This document shows positions 37,609 to 48,124 of a DNA stretch of 64,000 bases, in pieces. This DNA comes from Nitrospirota bacterium. GTDB lineage: Bacteria > Nitrospirota > UBA9217. The stretch spans positions 2,592,001 to 2,656,000 of the forward strand of contig OY760142.1 in assembly GCA_963663225.1 (NCBI GenBank). The letters are read 5' to 3'. The notes below the pieces were generated by a model that was not told the origin of the DNA, made no database searches, and was given only the letters and a program-made list of their open reading frames with translations. How positions within the stretch are numbered: position 1 is the first letter of the stretch; each line of letters starts with the position of its first letter. The position numbers and the translations under genes were made by a program.

Positions 37609-38841
37609 ATGAGTTATGTGAAATGCTTGCGATGCATGGAATGCGGCAGGGAATATGTGGTAGGCCCACTGTACGTATGCGACTTCTGCTTCGGTCCTCT
37701 TGAAGTTGCGTACGATTACGAAGCCATTAAAGCTGATATGACAAAGCGGGAGATTGAGTCGCGGCGGCATACTATGTGGCGCTACCGTGAATTACTGCCG
37801 CTCGAAGGGGAGCCTGTTACAGGCGTGGATACCGGATTTACCCCGCTTGTGAATGCCGGTAATCTTGCAAAAGAATGGGGTGTCAAAGAGATCTTTTTAA
37901 AAGACGATTCGGTAAATCATCCAACCCTTTCATTCAAAGACCGTGTCGCAGCCGTTGCAATTACCAAGGCCAAGGAGTTTGGATTCGACACCGTCGCGTG
38001 TGCGTCGACCGGCAATCTGGCAAATTCCGTTGCGGCTCAGTCTGCCCGGGCTGGGATGAAATGTTTTATTTTCACCCCATCCGACATCGAACTTTCAAAG
38101 ACCATCAATTCTCTGATCTATGATCCTTATCTTGTACGCATTGATGGCACGTATGACGATGTCAACCGGCTTTGTTCTGAAATTGCGAACAAACACCATT
38201 GGGCGTTTATGAATATCAATATCCGCCCGTTCTACGGCGAAGGATCAAAATCCCTTGGCTTTGAGATCGCGGAGCAGCTCGGCTGGAATACACCGCATAG
38301 CATTGTCGTCCCCTGTGCCGGGGGGTCGCTGCTGACCAAAATATGGAAATCTTTTAAAGAGCTGGAAAGGCTTGCTTTTGTCGCACCGGTAAAAACAAAA
38401 ATGTTTGCAGCGCAAGCCGAAGGGTGTAATCCGATCGTTGCGGCTATCAAGGACGGAAATGAGATTATCAAGCCCGTAAAACCAAGGACCATCGCCAAGT
38501 CCCTTGCCATCGGGAATCCGGCTGATGGATATTATGCGGCCAAAGTTGCGCGAAACACAGGCGGTTTCGGCGAGGACGCATCCGATCAGGAGATTATTGA
38601 TGCGATAAAGCTTCTGGCGCGAACAGAAGGCATTTTTACGGAAACCGCCGGTGGTGTAACTATTGCTGCCGCAAAAAAACTGATAGAGTCCGGTATGATT
38701 CACAACGATGAAACACTGGTCCTTTGCATTACCGGAAACGGACTGAAAACGACCGAAGCGGTCATGAACAGTCTTGCCAAGCCATTTTTAATCAAACCGG
38801 ACATAGAGTCGTTTGAAGATATTCTCAAACACGTGCTCTAA
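37609..38841 (+). CDS. thrC: Threonine synthase-family PLP enzyme
   Basis: N-terminal Zn ribbon, PT.SFKDR, ASTGN, EG.K, ITGNGLK; exact activity uncertain (see findings). Confidence 0.8.
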   Translation: MSYVKCLRCMECGREYVVGPLYVCDFCFGPLEVAYDYEAIKADMTKREIESRRHTMWRYRELLPLEGEPVTGVDTGFTPLVNAGNLAKEWGVKEIFLKDDSVNHPTLSFKDRVAAVAITKAKEFGFDTVACASTGNLANSVAAQSARAGMKCFIFTPSDIELSKTINSLIYDPYLVRIDGTYDDVNRLCSEIANKHHWAFMNINIRPFYGEGSKSLGFEIAEQLGWNTPHSIVVPCAGGSLLTKIWKSFKELERLAFVAPVKTKMFAAQAEGCNPIVAAIKDGNEIIKPVKPRTIAKSLAIGNPADGYYAAKVARNTGGFGEDASDQEIIDAIKLLARTEGIFTETAGGVTIAAAKKLIESGMIHNDETLVLCITGNGLKTTEAVMNSLAKPFLIKPDIESFEDILKHVL

Positions 38842-38887
38842 TTTTCTTGTTTCAAGCAGCATTCGGACATTTCCGGGAGCGTGATCG

Positions 38888-39259
38888 ATGTCAGTAAAAG
38901 TAAGAATACCCACTCCATTGCAAAAACTCGCGAATGGAAGCCATGAAGTGGAATGCAGTGCCAAAAATATTCAGGAACTTGTGGATTCCCTTGAGAAGAG
39001 TTTTCCCGGAATGAAGGACCGTCTAATGGAAACCGGTAAAATCAGACGGTTTGTTAATATTTATGTGAACGACGAAGACATCCGTTTTATGAATAAAGAA
39101 GAAACCCTCCTGCATGAGGGAGATGTCGTTTCTATCGTACCTGCGATTGCAGGAGGAAGCATGGCATTTCTAATTACTCTTGAAAAGGACCGTAGTATGC
39201 TTGTTTCAAGATGTGCCTTGCAAAAGCAGAGGAGATTGCATGACTATAAAAAGGATTAA
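38888..39259 (+). CDS. MoaD/ThiS/CysO ubiquitin-like sulfur carrier with C-terminal extension
   Basis: VRIPTPL, RRFVNIYVNDEDIRF, IVPAIAGG followed by 33 extra residues. Confidence 0.9.
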   Translation: MSVKVRIPTPLQKLANGSHEVECSAKNIQELVDSLEKSFPGMKDRLMETGKIRRFVNIYVNDEDIRFMNKEETLLHEGDVVSIVPAIAGGSMAFLITLEKDRSMLVSRCALQKQRRLHDYKKD

Positions 39260-39482
39260 ATTGATTTTCCCACAGGAATTGATAAAACAACCGGTAATCT
39301 TTACAATGGCCAGGGAATTCGACGTGATGCCGAATATCCGAAGCGCACGGGTGACCGAAGATACCGGAGAAGTGGTATTGGAGCTTGAAGGGACTGCAAA
39401 AAATCTCGAAGACGGCATTGCTTACCTCAAAAGGAAAGGGGTCCGAGTCGAACCTGTTGAAGGCGACATCATAACATCCTGA
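39240..39482 (+). CDS. NIL domain protein
   Basis: L.FP...I..P.I.......F....NI..A.V....G...LELEG. Confidence 0.85.
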   Translation: MTIKRIKLIFPQELIKQPVIFTMAREFDVMPNIRSARVTEDTGEVVLELEGTAKNLEDGIAYLKRKGVRVEPVEGDIITS

Positions 39483-39570
39483 TGTCCGGCAGGCAGGATC
39501 GCTAATCTCAGATAAGGAGTCCGATAGGCAACCAGAGTCTGCGGCAAATGCTCAGGTTGCTTGAAAAAAT

Positions 39571-40800
39571 ATGAAATATATTATTTTGCTTGGGGATGGT
39601 ATGGCGGACAGGCCCCATAAAGACTTGAACGGCATGACTTGCCTGATGGCGGCAAAGACGCCAAACCTTGATAAACTGGCGACGATCGGAACGGTCGGCA
39701 TGGTGCATACGATACCAACTGGTTTTCCTCCCGGCAGCGATGTCGCAAATCTGAGCGTCATGGGCTATGACCCACGAAAATATTATAGTGGCAGATCGCC
39801 TCTCGAGGCCGCTAGTATCGGGGTAAATCTTGATCCCGATGATGTTGCATACCGGTGCAATCTTGTGACACTTCGCATCGCGGGGACAAAAGCACCATTT
39901 TTAAGTTCCGGACGCTCTGTGATCCTGGAAGATTTCAGCGCAGATCATATTACAACCGATGAGGCACGGCTGCTTATTGAAGAAATAGATGATAAGCTTG
40001 GCAGCGATCGCATCCGCTTCTATCCCGGGGTAAGCTATCGACACCTCATGGTATGGAAGGGCGGTAAAGACAAGATTGAGTGTACGCCTCCTCATGATAT
40101 TCAGGACAAAATTATTCAGGATTATTTGCCGTGCGGTGAAGGAGACGACGTCATCAAATCTCTTATGGAAGAATCCATAGACCTTCTCCAGAATCATCCG
40201 GTTAATAAAAAGAGGCAGGAAACCGGAAAACGGATCGCGAACAGCATCTGGCTCTGGGGACAGGGAAAACGTCCCGCCATGCCGACATTCAGAGAAAAAT
40301 ACGGTTTAGAAGGCGCTATGATATCAGCGGTTGATCTTACCAAAGGTATTGGCATTTATGCGGGATTTGAAGTTATCAATGTTCCTGGTGCGACTGGATG
40401 GATAGATACCAATTACATCGGAAAAGCAGAGCACGCGCTTTGGGCGCTTAAAACAAAAGACATTGCGTATGTTCACGTTGAAGCCCCCGACGAAGCAGGA
40501 CACGCCGGAGATTTAAAAAATAAAATCAAGGCAATTGAAGACTTTGATGAACTGCTTGTCGGAAATATCATGCATGGAATGAAACAGTTTGATGAATACC
40601 GGATTCTAGTCCTTCCGGACCATCCTACACCCATAGAAATCAGAACACATTCTAATGAAGCGGTTCCCTTTGTCTTGTATGATAGTAAGTCGGAGCGTAA
40701 AGATGGTCCTGTGTTGTATGATGAACATATCGCTGACCGTTCGGATGCACTGGTGTTTAAAGAAGGGCATACTCTTATGGACCATTTTTTGAAAAAATAA
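39571..40800 (+). CDS. apgM: ApgM-family cofactor-independent phosphoglycerate mutase / proposed homoserine kinase
   Basis: GDGMAD, PGSD.ANL, HVEAPDEAGH, PDH.TP...TH. Confidence 0.9.
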   Translation: MKYIILLGDGMADRPHKDLNGMTCLMAAKTPNLDKLATIGTVGMVHTIPTGFPPGSDVANLSVMGYDPRKYYSGRSPLEAASIGVNLDPDDVAYRCNLVTLRIAGTKAPFLSSGRSVILEDFSADHITTDEARLLIEEIDDKLGSDRIRFYPGVSYRHLMVWKGGKDKIECTPPHDIQDKIIQDYLPCGEGDDVIKSLMEESIDLLQNHPVNKKRQETGKRIANSIWLWGQGKRPAMPTFREKYGLEGAMISAVDLTKGIGIYAGFEVINVPGATGWIDTNYIGKAEHALWALKTKDIAYVHVEAPDEAGHAGDLKNKIKAIEDFDELLVGNIMHGMKQFDEYRILVLPDHPTPIEIRTHSNEAVPFVLYDSKSERKDGPVLYDEHIADRSDALVFKEGHTLMDHFLKK

Positions 40801-40903
40801 CGCTGAAAGGATGGAGGTGCAGTTTTTTTGCTTACCGATCTTCCTGGCAGATATCTCACAAATATCAAAAAAGTTTTATTTTAGGAAATAGGGGGGATAA
40901 CAA

Positions 40904-42121
40904 TTGCTTATAGTCCAAAAATACGGCGGCACGTCCGTGGGAAATCCCGAACGGATCAAGAATGTGGCGAAGCGCGTCGTACGTGCCAAAGAGCAGGGGC
41001 ACCAGGTGGTGGTCGTTGTTTCGGCCATGAGTGGAGAAACGGACAAACTTATTAATCTTGCGGCGCAGGTCAACGATAATCCTGATCCGCGTGAAATGGA
41101 CATGCTTGTGTCAACGGGTGAACGGGTGACGATTGCCTTGCTGGCCATGGCTATACAGGCATTGGGGTACAAAGCTCAATCGTTCACCGGCCGTCAGGCA
41201 GGAATCATTTCAGACAGCATTCATACCAAAGCGAGAATTGAAAGAATACATGCGGATCGGCTTACGAAAGCAATTCAGGAAGATAACATTGCGGTCGTGG
41301 CGGGATTTCAGGGGATTAACGAGAAGTCTGATGTAACGACTCTGGGACGCGGAGGATCAGACCTGACCGCAGTAGCTATCGCGGCTGCATTAAAAGCTGA
41401 TTTCTGCGATATTTATACCGACGTGGACGGCGTCTATACAACGGATCCGAACATGGTGCCACAGGCTAGAAAGCTCAACAAAATATCTTATGATGAAATG
41501 CTTGAAATGGCGAGTTCCGGCGCGAAAGTGCTTCAGAGTCGTTCGGTAGAGTTTGCAAAAAAATATAACGTTCCCGTGCGGGTGCTTTCCAGCTTCAATG
41601 ACAACCCCGGTACACTGGTGACAAAGGAGGATTCGGAAATGGAAAATGTTGTGGTGTCCGGAGTTGCGTATGACAAAAATCAAGTGAAGGTGACCGTATC
41701 CGGTGTTCCAGACAAACCGGGCGTTGCTGCGAAAATTTTCGGCGAGATAGCGGACAATTCCATTGTCGTTGATATGATTATCCAAAATATCGGTGAGGGC
41801 GGATTGACGGACATGTCCTTTACGGTCACCAGAACGGACGTCAAAAAATGTATGGATGTTATGAAGAAAGTCGTGTCCGAGATTGGAGCAAAAGGCGTGA
41901 GCTTTAAGGAGGAAATCGCAAAAATTTCGATCATCGGCGTGGGCATGCGGTCCCATTCCGGAGTGGCTGCGCAGATGTTTTCTGCTCTTGCGAAAGAGGG
42001 GATCAATATTATGATGATCAGCACTTCGGAAATCAAAATATCCTGTGTAATTGATGCGAAATATACGGAACTTGCGGTTCGGGTATTGCATGAAACGTTC
42101 CATATGGATAAGGCAGCATAA
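40904..42121 (+). CDS. lysC: Aspartate kinase
   Basis: [22 protein letters not shown]...DP, two ACT domains; TTG start. Confidence 0.97.
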   Translation: MLIVQKYGGTSVGNPERIKNVAKRVVRAKEQGHQVVVVVSAMSGETDKLINLAAQVNDNPDPREMDMLVSTGERVTIALLAMAIQALGYKAQSFTGRQAGIISDSIHTKARIERIHADRLTKAIQEDNIAVVAGFQGINEKSDVTTLGRGGSDLTAVAIAAALKADFCDIYTDVDGVYTTDPNMVPQARKLNKISYDEMLEMASSGAKVLQSRSVEFAKKYNVPVRVLSSFNDNPGTLVTKEDSEMENVVVSGVAYDKNQVKVTVSGVPDKPGVAAKIFGEIADNSIVVDMIIQNIGEGGLTDMSFTVTRTDVKKCMDVMKKVVSEIGAKGVSFKEEIAKISIIGVGMRSHSGVAAQMFSALAKEGINIMMISTSEIKISCVIDAKYTELAVRVLHETFHMDKAA

Positions 42122-42192
42122 AGCGCAAAACAGGACTGCTCTCAATAGCAATCCGTAATTATTAGACACGAAATAATCGCACAGTTTCTTTT

Positions 42193-43782
42193 ATGAAAAC
42201 TACTGTCAAGTTATATGATATTACGCTTCGTGATGGTGCGCAGGCAGAAGATATAAATTTTTCTGCTGAAGACAAGATGCGCGTTGCAATGAAGCTGGAT
42301 CAGTTCGGGGTCCATTACATTGAAGGCGGCTGGCCTGGCTCCAACCCGCGCGACGCTGTCTTCTTTGCGGAAATGCGCCATGCCAAACTCAAACAAGCCA
42401 AGCTTGCCGCATTCGGGTCAACACGCCGGGCAGGAATCAAGGCTTCCAATGATAAAAATATGAAAGCGTTGATTGAGTCCGGGACAACCGTTGCAACTAT
42501 TTTCGGAAAGGCGTGGGATTTACACGTTCTGAAAGCCCTAAAAACAACACTTGGCGAAAATACCGCCATGATCAGAGATTCCATCGCTTTTCTGAAAAGG
42601 CATATGGAAGAAGTTTTTTTTGATGCCGAGCATTTTTTCGACGGCTATAAAGCAAATCCTGCATATGCGTTGGAAACCATCCTGGCCGCAGAAAACGCAG
42701 GTGCAGATTGCCTTGTTTTGTGTGATACAAACGGCGGTACACTGCCCTGTGATATAGAAAAAATCATCAACGAGATAAAAACCAGGATCAACGTACCGTT
42801 TGGCATTCATACGCATAATGATGCTGAACTCGCAGTTGCCAATACCCTTGCGGCGGTTAAAGAAGGAGCCACCCTTGTGCAAGGGACTATTAATGGATAT
42901 GGGGAACGATGCGGTAATGCAAATCTTTGTTCCATAATTCCCAATCTTAAACTGAAGATGGGGATCGCATGTATTTCCGATGCAAATTTGGCGCGGCTTC
43001 GCGACGTTTCGCGATACGTGGATGAGCTTGCCAACATGCAGCATAGAAAATGGCAGCCATATGTTGGAGACAGCGCTTTTGCCCATAAGGGCGGAGTGCA
43101 TGTCGATGCGGTGGCGAAAAGCTCCATAACATATGAACACGTGTCTCCCGTCCAGGTCGGAAACAGAAGGCGTATTCTGGTCTCTGATATGTCGGGACAG
43201 AGCAATATCTTTCAGAAGGCGCAAGAGCTGGGCTTTTCTCTCTCCAAAAAAGGCCCTGAACTCCTGCAGATTTTGCGAAAAGTCAAGGAACTTGAGAATG
43301 AGGGATATGAGTTTGAAGGAGCTGAAGCCTCTCTCGAATTGCTGATGTTGCGTGCCGCCAAAAATTACGAGTCGGTTTTCAATATCTTCGACCGGATTGA
43401 TTATCGAATCCTTACGGAAAAAAGAAAGGTCGATCCGCACTCCGAAAGTGAAGCCACTGTTACGGTTAAAGTCGGCGGAAATGTGGAACATACCGCCGCA
43501 TGGGGAAACGGACCGGTAAATGCTTTAGACAAAGCTATCAGAAAAGTGCTTCCAAAATATTTTCCCGGAAAAGGTCTTGAAACAATCAAACTGCTGGATT
43601 ATAAAGTACGGGTTCTGACCGCGGCTGAAGGTACAGCCGCAAAAGTCAGGGTGTTGATAGAATCCGGCGACGGCAAAAACAAATGGGGGACGGTTGGCGT
43701 TTCCGAGAACGTGATCGAAGCCAGCTGGCAGGCTCTTGTTGATAGCATCGAATATAAACTGCTTCATATAAAAAAGAATTAA
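42193..43782 (+). CDS. cimA: Citramalate synthase
   Basis: TLRDGAQ.E, EGGWPGSNP, DAEHFFDGY, GYGERCGN, WGTVGVS.N.IEASW. Confidence 0.93.
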   Translation: MKTTVKLYDITLRDGAQAEDINFSAEDKMRVAMKLDQFGVHYIEGGWPGSNPRDAVFFAEMRHAKLKQAKLAAFGSTRRAGIKASNDKNMKALIESGTTVATIFGKAWDLHVLKALKTTLGENTAMIRDSIAFLKRHMEEVFFDAEHFFDGYKANPAYALETILAAENAGADCLVLCDTNGGTLPCDIEKIINEIKTRINVPFGIHTHNDAELAVANTLAAVKEGATLVQGTINGYGERCGNANLCSIIPNLKLKMGIACISDANLARLRDVSRYVDELANMQHRKWQPYVGDSAFAHKGGVHVDAVAKSSITYEHVSPVQVGNRRRILVSDMSGQSNIFQKAQELGFSLSKKGPELLQILRKVKELENEGYEFEGAEASLELLMLRAAKNYESVFNIFDRIDYRILTEKRKVDPHSESEATVTVKVGGNVEHTAAWGNGPVNALDKAIRKVLPKYFPGKGLETIKLLDYKVRVLTAAEGTAAKVRVLIESGDGKNKWGTVGVSENVIEASWQALVDSIEYKLLHIKKN

Positions 43783-43857
43783 TAACATGTACCGAAATCT
43801 CAAATTCGGAAAATTTTTTCGTGTTGTAGGTGTGCCTAACCAGGAGATGCTGATATA

Positions 43858-44310
43858 GTGATTGAAGAAGAAGGCGTCGTGGTCGGTATATCAGGCGGGA
43901 ATGCGACAGTTGAAATTCTGAGAAAGAGCGCCTGCGAATCCTGCGCCGCAGCCGGAATATGCCATCCACGGGACGCAAACAAATCTTTTATGGAGGCTGC
44001 AAATCCGCTGAGAGCGGTACCGGGACAGAAAGTGCGGGTTGCGCTCAAACCGCAGTCATATTTGCAGATGGCTATTGTTCTGTATGGTGTTCCCCTGGCA
44101 GCGCTGGTAACCGGTGCAATCGTAGCCAAAAACCTGTCTTTATATACATCCGGCGGAGAGCATTCCGACCGTTGGGCTTTTTACACAGGGATCGTTTGTA
44201 TGATCGTTTCCTTTGTCAGCATTCGATTGTATGCCAAAAAAGTAATGAAGAAGCCTCAATATAAACCGGTCATCCGTGAAATACTTTCTGAACGGGAATT
44301 TCGACCATAG
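43858..44310 (+). CDS. RseC/MucC family protein
   Basis: SAC.SC....C motif, LYG.PL, two TMs. Confidence 0.88.
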   Translation: MIEEEGVVVGISGGNATVEILRKSACESCAAAGICHPRDANKSFMEAANPLRAVPGQKVRVALKPQSYLQMAIVLYGVPLAALVTGAIVAKNLSLYTSGGEHSDRWAFYTGIVCMIVSFVSIRLYAKKVMKKPQYKPVIREILSEREFRP

Positions 44311-44324
44311 CTGGAGTTTGTCGT

Positions 44325-44591
44325 ATGCGATTAATTACAAGCCTGGATGAAGCAAAAAGACTCGCGAGGACGATTCTGTCGGATATTGTACTGTATAATC
44401 AGGCAAAAGTGAAGGAGGGTATTGAAAAAGACACTTTATTTGACATCTTGACGGAAGAGTTAAATGAAGGGAAAAAATATTATGAAACCATGGTAGATGA
44501 AGAAATCCGCAATCGTACCAATTTTTTCAGTGAAGCTGTAGTTGACGTGCTGATCAAGCAAGGAGGCAAGATTCGGTCTGAGATCTGGTAG
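44325..44591 (+). CDS. Conserved hypothetical protein
   Basis: AKRLARTI.SDI.LYN helical protein. Confidence 0.7.
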   Translation: MRLITSLDEAKRLARTILSDIVLYNQAKVKEGIEKDTLFDILTEELNEGKKYYETMVDEEIRNRTNFFSEAVVDVLIKQGGKIRSEIW

Positions 44592-44633
44592 CTCATAAGA
44601 TATAAAAAATCCCCCACACTAAAGGAGTGTCTT

Positions 44634-46754
44634 ATGAAGAATACTGATGTCAAGGAAGTCCGTAACATTGCAATTCTCTCGCATGGTGCAGCAGGAAAGA
44701 CCTCTCTTTCAGATGCAATGGTGTTTGCCGGAGGTGCCGTAGACACTCAGGGCAGCGTCGACAACGACAATTCAATATTCATGCATGAACCTGAAGAAAT
44801 CGCACGAAAGATTACCATCACCGCAGCAGTCGGTTTTACAGATTGGAAAGGTGTGCGGATTAATATTATTGACACTCCCGGGTACATTAATTTCCTCGAA
44901 GAAACCAAAGGGACTCTTCGTGCCGCTGACGGCGCTGTTCTGATTATATCTGCCATTTCCGGAGTAAAAGCCGAAACTGAAAAAATTTACAAATTCGCCT
45001 GCGATTATGAAATCCCCCGCATCGCTTTTGTAAGCAAGCTGGATAAGGAACGCGCTGATTTTTTTCGTGCAGTAGGGGACATGGAAAAATCTTTCTGCAA
45101 AGGCGCTCTGGTGCTCCAGCTTCCTATTGGCCTGGAGGACAACTTCCGGGGGGTGATCGACCTTATTAAAATGAAAGCGTTTTATTTTGCAAATGACAAC
45201 ACCGGCAAAATGGAAGAAAAAGATATTCCGGAAGATATGCGGCAGGATGCAGAAACGTACCGAAAAAAACTTCTCGAGCAGATAGCGGAAACAGATGACG
45301 TCCTTCTTGAAAAGTATCTGGAAAAAAGCGATCTCTCGCTTGATGATCTTATGGCCGGCATTAAGCACGGCACGCTCGGAGGAGGGCTGTTGCCTATTGT
45401 CTGCGGATCGCCGGTAAAGAATATGGGCATCCAGCAGCTCATGGACATGGTTATCATGTGTATTCCCTCTCCTCAAGAACGCGCTGGAATTGTGGCAATC
45501 AGGGGCATGGATCCAAAAACTAACCAGGAAACGATAAGAAAACCTTCTCCTGAAGAACCGCTTGCCGCTCTGGTGTTCAAAACTGTTATTGATCCTTTTG
45601 CAGGCAAGCTTTCCCTGGTCCGGGTGTTCTCCGGAGTGCTGAAAGCCGACTCAACGGTTCTGAATGCGTCAAAACAGGCGAAAGAAAAAATTGGATCCTT
45701 ATTTCATATTCAGGGCAAGAAGCAGATTTCCGTCCAGACATTGTCGGCCGGTCAGATCGGTGCGGTCGCAAAACTGAAAGAAACGCTTACGGGTGACACG
45801 CTCTGTGCAGAAACTCATCCAATTCTGCTTGATTTTGCAAAATTCATCGACCCGGTCATGTCGTTTGCCATTGAGCCGAAATCACGCGGTGATGAAGACA
45901 AGGTGAGCATCGGTATTCATAAACTGCTGGATGAAGATCCCACGCTTCGCTTCGTCTTTGATGATCAGACCAAAGAAATGATTCTTTCCGGCATGGGCCA
46001 GGTGCACCTTGAAGTGACGCTTGAAAAACTCAAAAGAAAATTCGGCGTAGATGTGAAAATGAAAACTCCGAAGGTTCCTTATAAAGAAACAATCAAATTG
46101 AAGGCAAGCGCACAGGGCAAATACAAGAAACAGACCGGCGGTCACGGGCAGTATGGTGATGCCTGGCTCGAGATCGAACCATTGCCGAGAGGCAGCGGAT
46201 TCGTATTTGAGGACAAGATCGTCGGCGGTGTAATTCCCCGGCAATATATTCCTGCTGTTGAGAAAGGCGTCGTGGAAGCCATGCAGGAAGGTTCTCTCGC
46301 GGGATATCCGATGGTTGATATTAAAGTAAAATTGTTCGATGGCTCATACCATACGGTTGATTCCTCAGAAATGGCGTTTAAAGTTGCAGCATCAATGGGA
46401 TTCAAGAAGGCCGTAGAAGCGGCAAAACCGGTTTTGCTTGAGCCGATCATGAATGTCGAAGTGGTTTCGCCTGATGATACGCTTGGCGCAGTTATCGGCG
46501 ATCTCAATTCACGCCGGGGAAAAGTTCAGGGCGTGGTTCCCCAGGCAAACGGCCAGGTGATCAAAGCCATGGTTCCGATGTCGGAAATGTTGACATATGC
46601 GCCTACACTGAATTCTCTTACGAGCGGTAGGGCCATGTATACGATGGAATTCTCGGGATACGAAGACATTCCAAGCCATTTGTCGCTGAAAATCATCCAG
46701 GAACGGGCGGCGCAGCAGCAAACACACGGTGTTCAAAATCAGAAAGAAAAATAA
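44634..46754 (+). CDS. Elongation factor G-like paralogue
   Basis: Full EF-G domain order, DTPG, GMG..HLE, KKQTGG.GQY, DSSEMAF; divergent G1 SHGAAGKTS. Confidence 0.93.
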   Translation: MKNTDVKEVRNIAILSHGAAGKTSLSDAMVFAGGAVDTQGSVDNDNSIFMHEPEEIARKITITAAVGFTDWKGVRINIIDTPGYINFLEETKGTLRAADGAVLIISAISGVKAETEKIYKFACDYEIPRIAFVSKLDKERADFFRAVGDMEKSFCKGALVLQLPIGLEDNFRGVIDLIKMKAFYFANDNTGKMEEKDIPEDMRQDAETYRKKLLEQIAETDDVLLEKYLEKSDLSLDDLMAGIKHGTLGGGLLPIVCGSPVKNMGIQQLMDMVIMCIPSPQERAGIVAIRGMDPKTNQETIRKPSPEEPLAALVFKTVIDPFAGKLSLVRVFSGVLKADSTVLNASKQAKEKIGSLFHIQGKKQISVQTLSAGQIGAVAKLKETLTGDTLCAETHPILLDFAKFIDPVMSFAIEPKSRGDEDKVSIGIHKLLDEDPTLRFVFDDQTKEMILSGMGQVHLEVTLEKLKRKFGVDVKMKTPKVPYKETIKLKASAQGKYKKQTGGHGQYGDAWLEIEPLPRGSGFVFEDKIVGGVIPRQYIPAVEKGVVEAMQEGSLAGYPMVDIKVKLFDGSYHTVDSSEMAFKVAASMGFKKAVEAAKPVLLEPIMNVEVVSPDDTLGAVIGDLNSRRGKVQGVVPQANGQVIKAMVPMSEMLTYAPTLNSLTSGRAMYTMEFSGYEDIPSHLSLKIIQERAAQQQTHGVQNQKEK

Positions 46755-46852
46755 TTTTATGTGAAGGTACCAGGATACGAAAAACGAGTATGACATTTAT
46801 TTAGTTTTATCGTGTCCTGGCGCCTTTCTTGTCCAGACAGGAATTCAAGATT

Positions 46853-48109
46853 ATGTACAGAAAAGATACCCTTTGCAACGGAATACGGGTGGTGTCAGAG
46901 ACACTACCGAAATCACGCTCGGTGTCCATCGGCGTCTGGGTAAAAGTAGGTTCGCGTCATGAGCCTCAGAATATCGGCGGCATCTCTCATTTTATCGAAC
47001 ATTTATTTTTTAAAGGAACTGAAAAACGCACTGCGAAAGATATAGCAATTGAAATAGACTCTCTTGGCGGCACCTTGAACGCCTTCACCACGCAGGAAAC
47101 CACAACATACTATGCAAAAGTTGTGGATGAACATCTACCGATTGCCATTGATATCCTTTCAGATATTCTGCTCGGCTCCCGGTTCGATCCGAAAGAAATG
47201 GAAAAAGAACGAAAGGTTATCCTTGAAGAGATAAAGAGCGTCGAGGACACTCCGGATGATTTTATTCATGAAATCTTTACTAACGCCGTCTGGCCAAACA
47301 GCGCTTTGGGCCGACCAATTCTCGGAACCAAGGAAACCATCAAGGCTCTTAAACATGAAAACATTATTTCTTATATAACCCAGTACTACAACCCCAGAGA
47401 GATCGTCATTTCAGCGGCTGGAAATTTTGACCACTCGCGGCTTCTGGAACTGCTCAACGGCAGCTTCGGAAAACTTGCTCGCACGGGCATCCCTAAAAAA
47501 GAAGTACCTCCTCTTTTTACCCCGGGCGTGGTGGTAAAGAAAAAACAACTTGAGCAGGTACAGATCTGCGTCGGCTCTAAAGGATTGCATTATACTCACG
47601 AAGACCGTTATGTCTTGTCAGCGCTTAACACCGTCCTCGGGAACAGTATGAGCTCCCGCCTGTTTCAGGAAGTGCGCGAACAGCACGCATTGGCATATTC
47701 CATCTATTCATACCTTACCGCATACCGCGACACAGGTCTCCTGACGGTGTATGCAGCCACTGATCCCGCTAATGCCCTGGAAGCGGTTCGCCTTGTGCTG
47801 AAAGAATTGAGAAAAATCAAGGAAGAGGGAATCACATCTGCAGAAGAAACACGGGTAAAAAACCAGATAAAAGGCAACCTGGTTTTGTCTCTGGAAAGCA
47901 GCAATAGTCATATGACCCGTCTTGCCCGACAGGAAATTTATTATGGTAAATACCTGTCCATGGACGATATCATCGAGGGTGTTGAAAACGTAAAAAAAGA
48001 ACAGATTCAGCGGTTGGCGCAGCAGTTGTTTACACCGGAAAACATAGCGCTTGCCGTGCTCGGTCCTCTATCTAAAGCCGATTTGCCAGGCACATTATTG
48101 GAAATTTAA
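46853..48109 (+). CDS. M16 family zinc peptidase (cytoplasmic)
   Basis: HFIEH (HxxEH), NAFT..E.T.Y, SRLFQEVRE...LAY. Confidence 0.93.
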   Translation: MYRKDTLCNGIRVVSETLPKSRSVSIGVWVKVGSRHEPQNIGGISHFIEHLFFKGTEKRTAKDIAIEIDSLGGTLNAFTTQETTTYYAKVVDEHLPIAIDILSDILLGSRFDPKEMEKERKVILEEIKSVEDTPDDFIHEIFTNAVWPNSALGRPILGTKETIKALKHENIISYITQYYNPREIVISAAGNFDHSRLLELLNGSFGKLARTGIPKKEVPPLFTPGVVVKKKQLEQVQICVGSKGLHYTHEDRYVLSALNTVLGNSMSSRLFQEVREQHALAYSIYSYLTAYRDTGLLTVYAATDPANALEAVRLVLKELRKIKEEGITSAEETRVKNQIKGNLVLSLESSNSHMTRLARQEIYYGKYLSMDDIIEGVENVKKEQIQRLAQQLFTPENIALAVLGPLSKADLPGTLLEI

Positions 48110-48124
48110 TGGAGTCAGGTGCAT

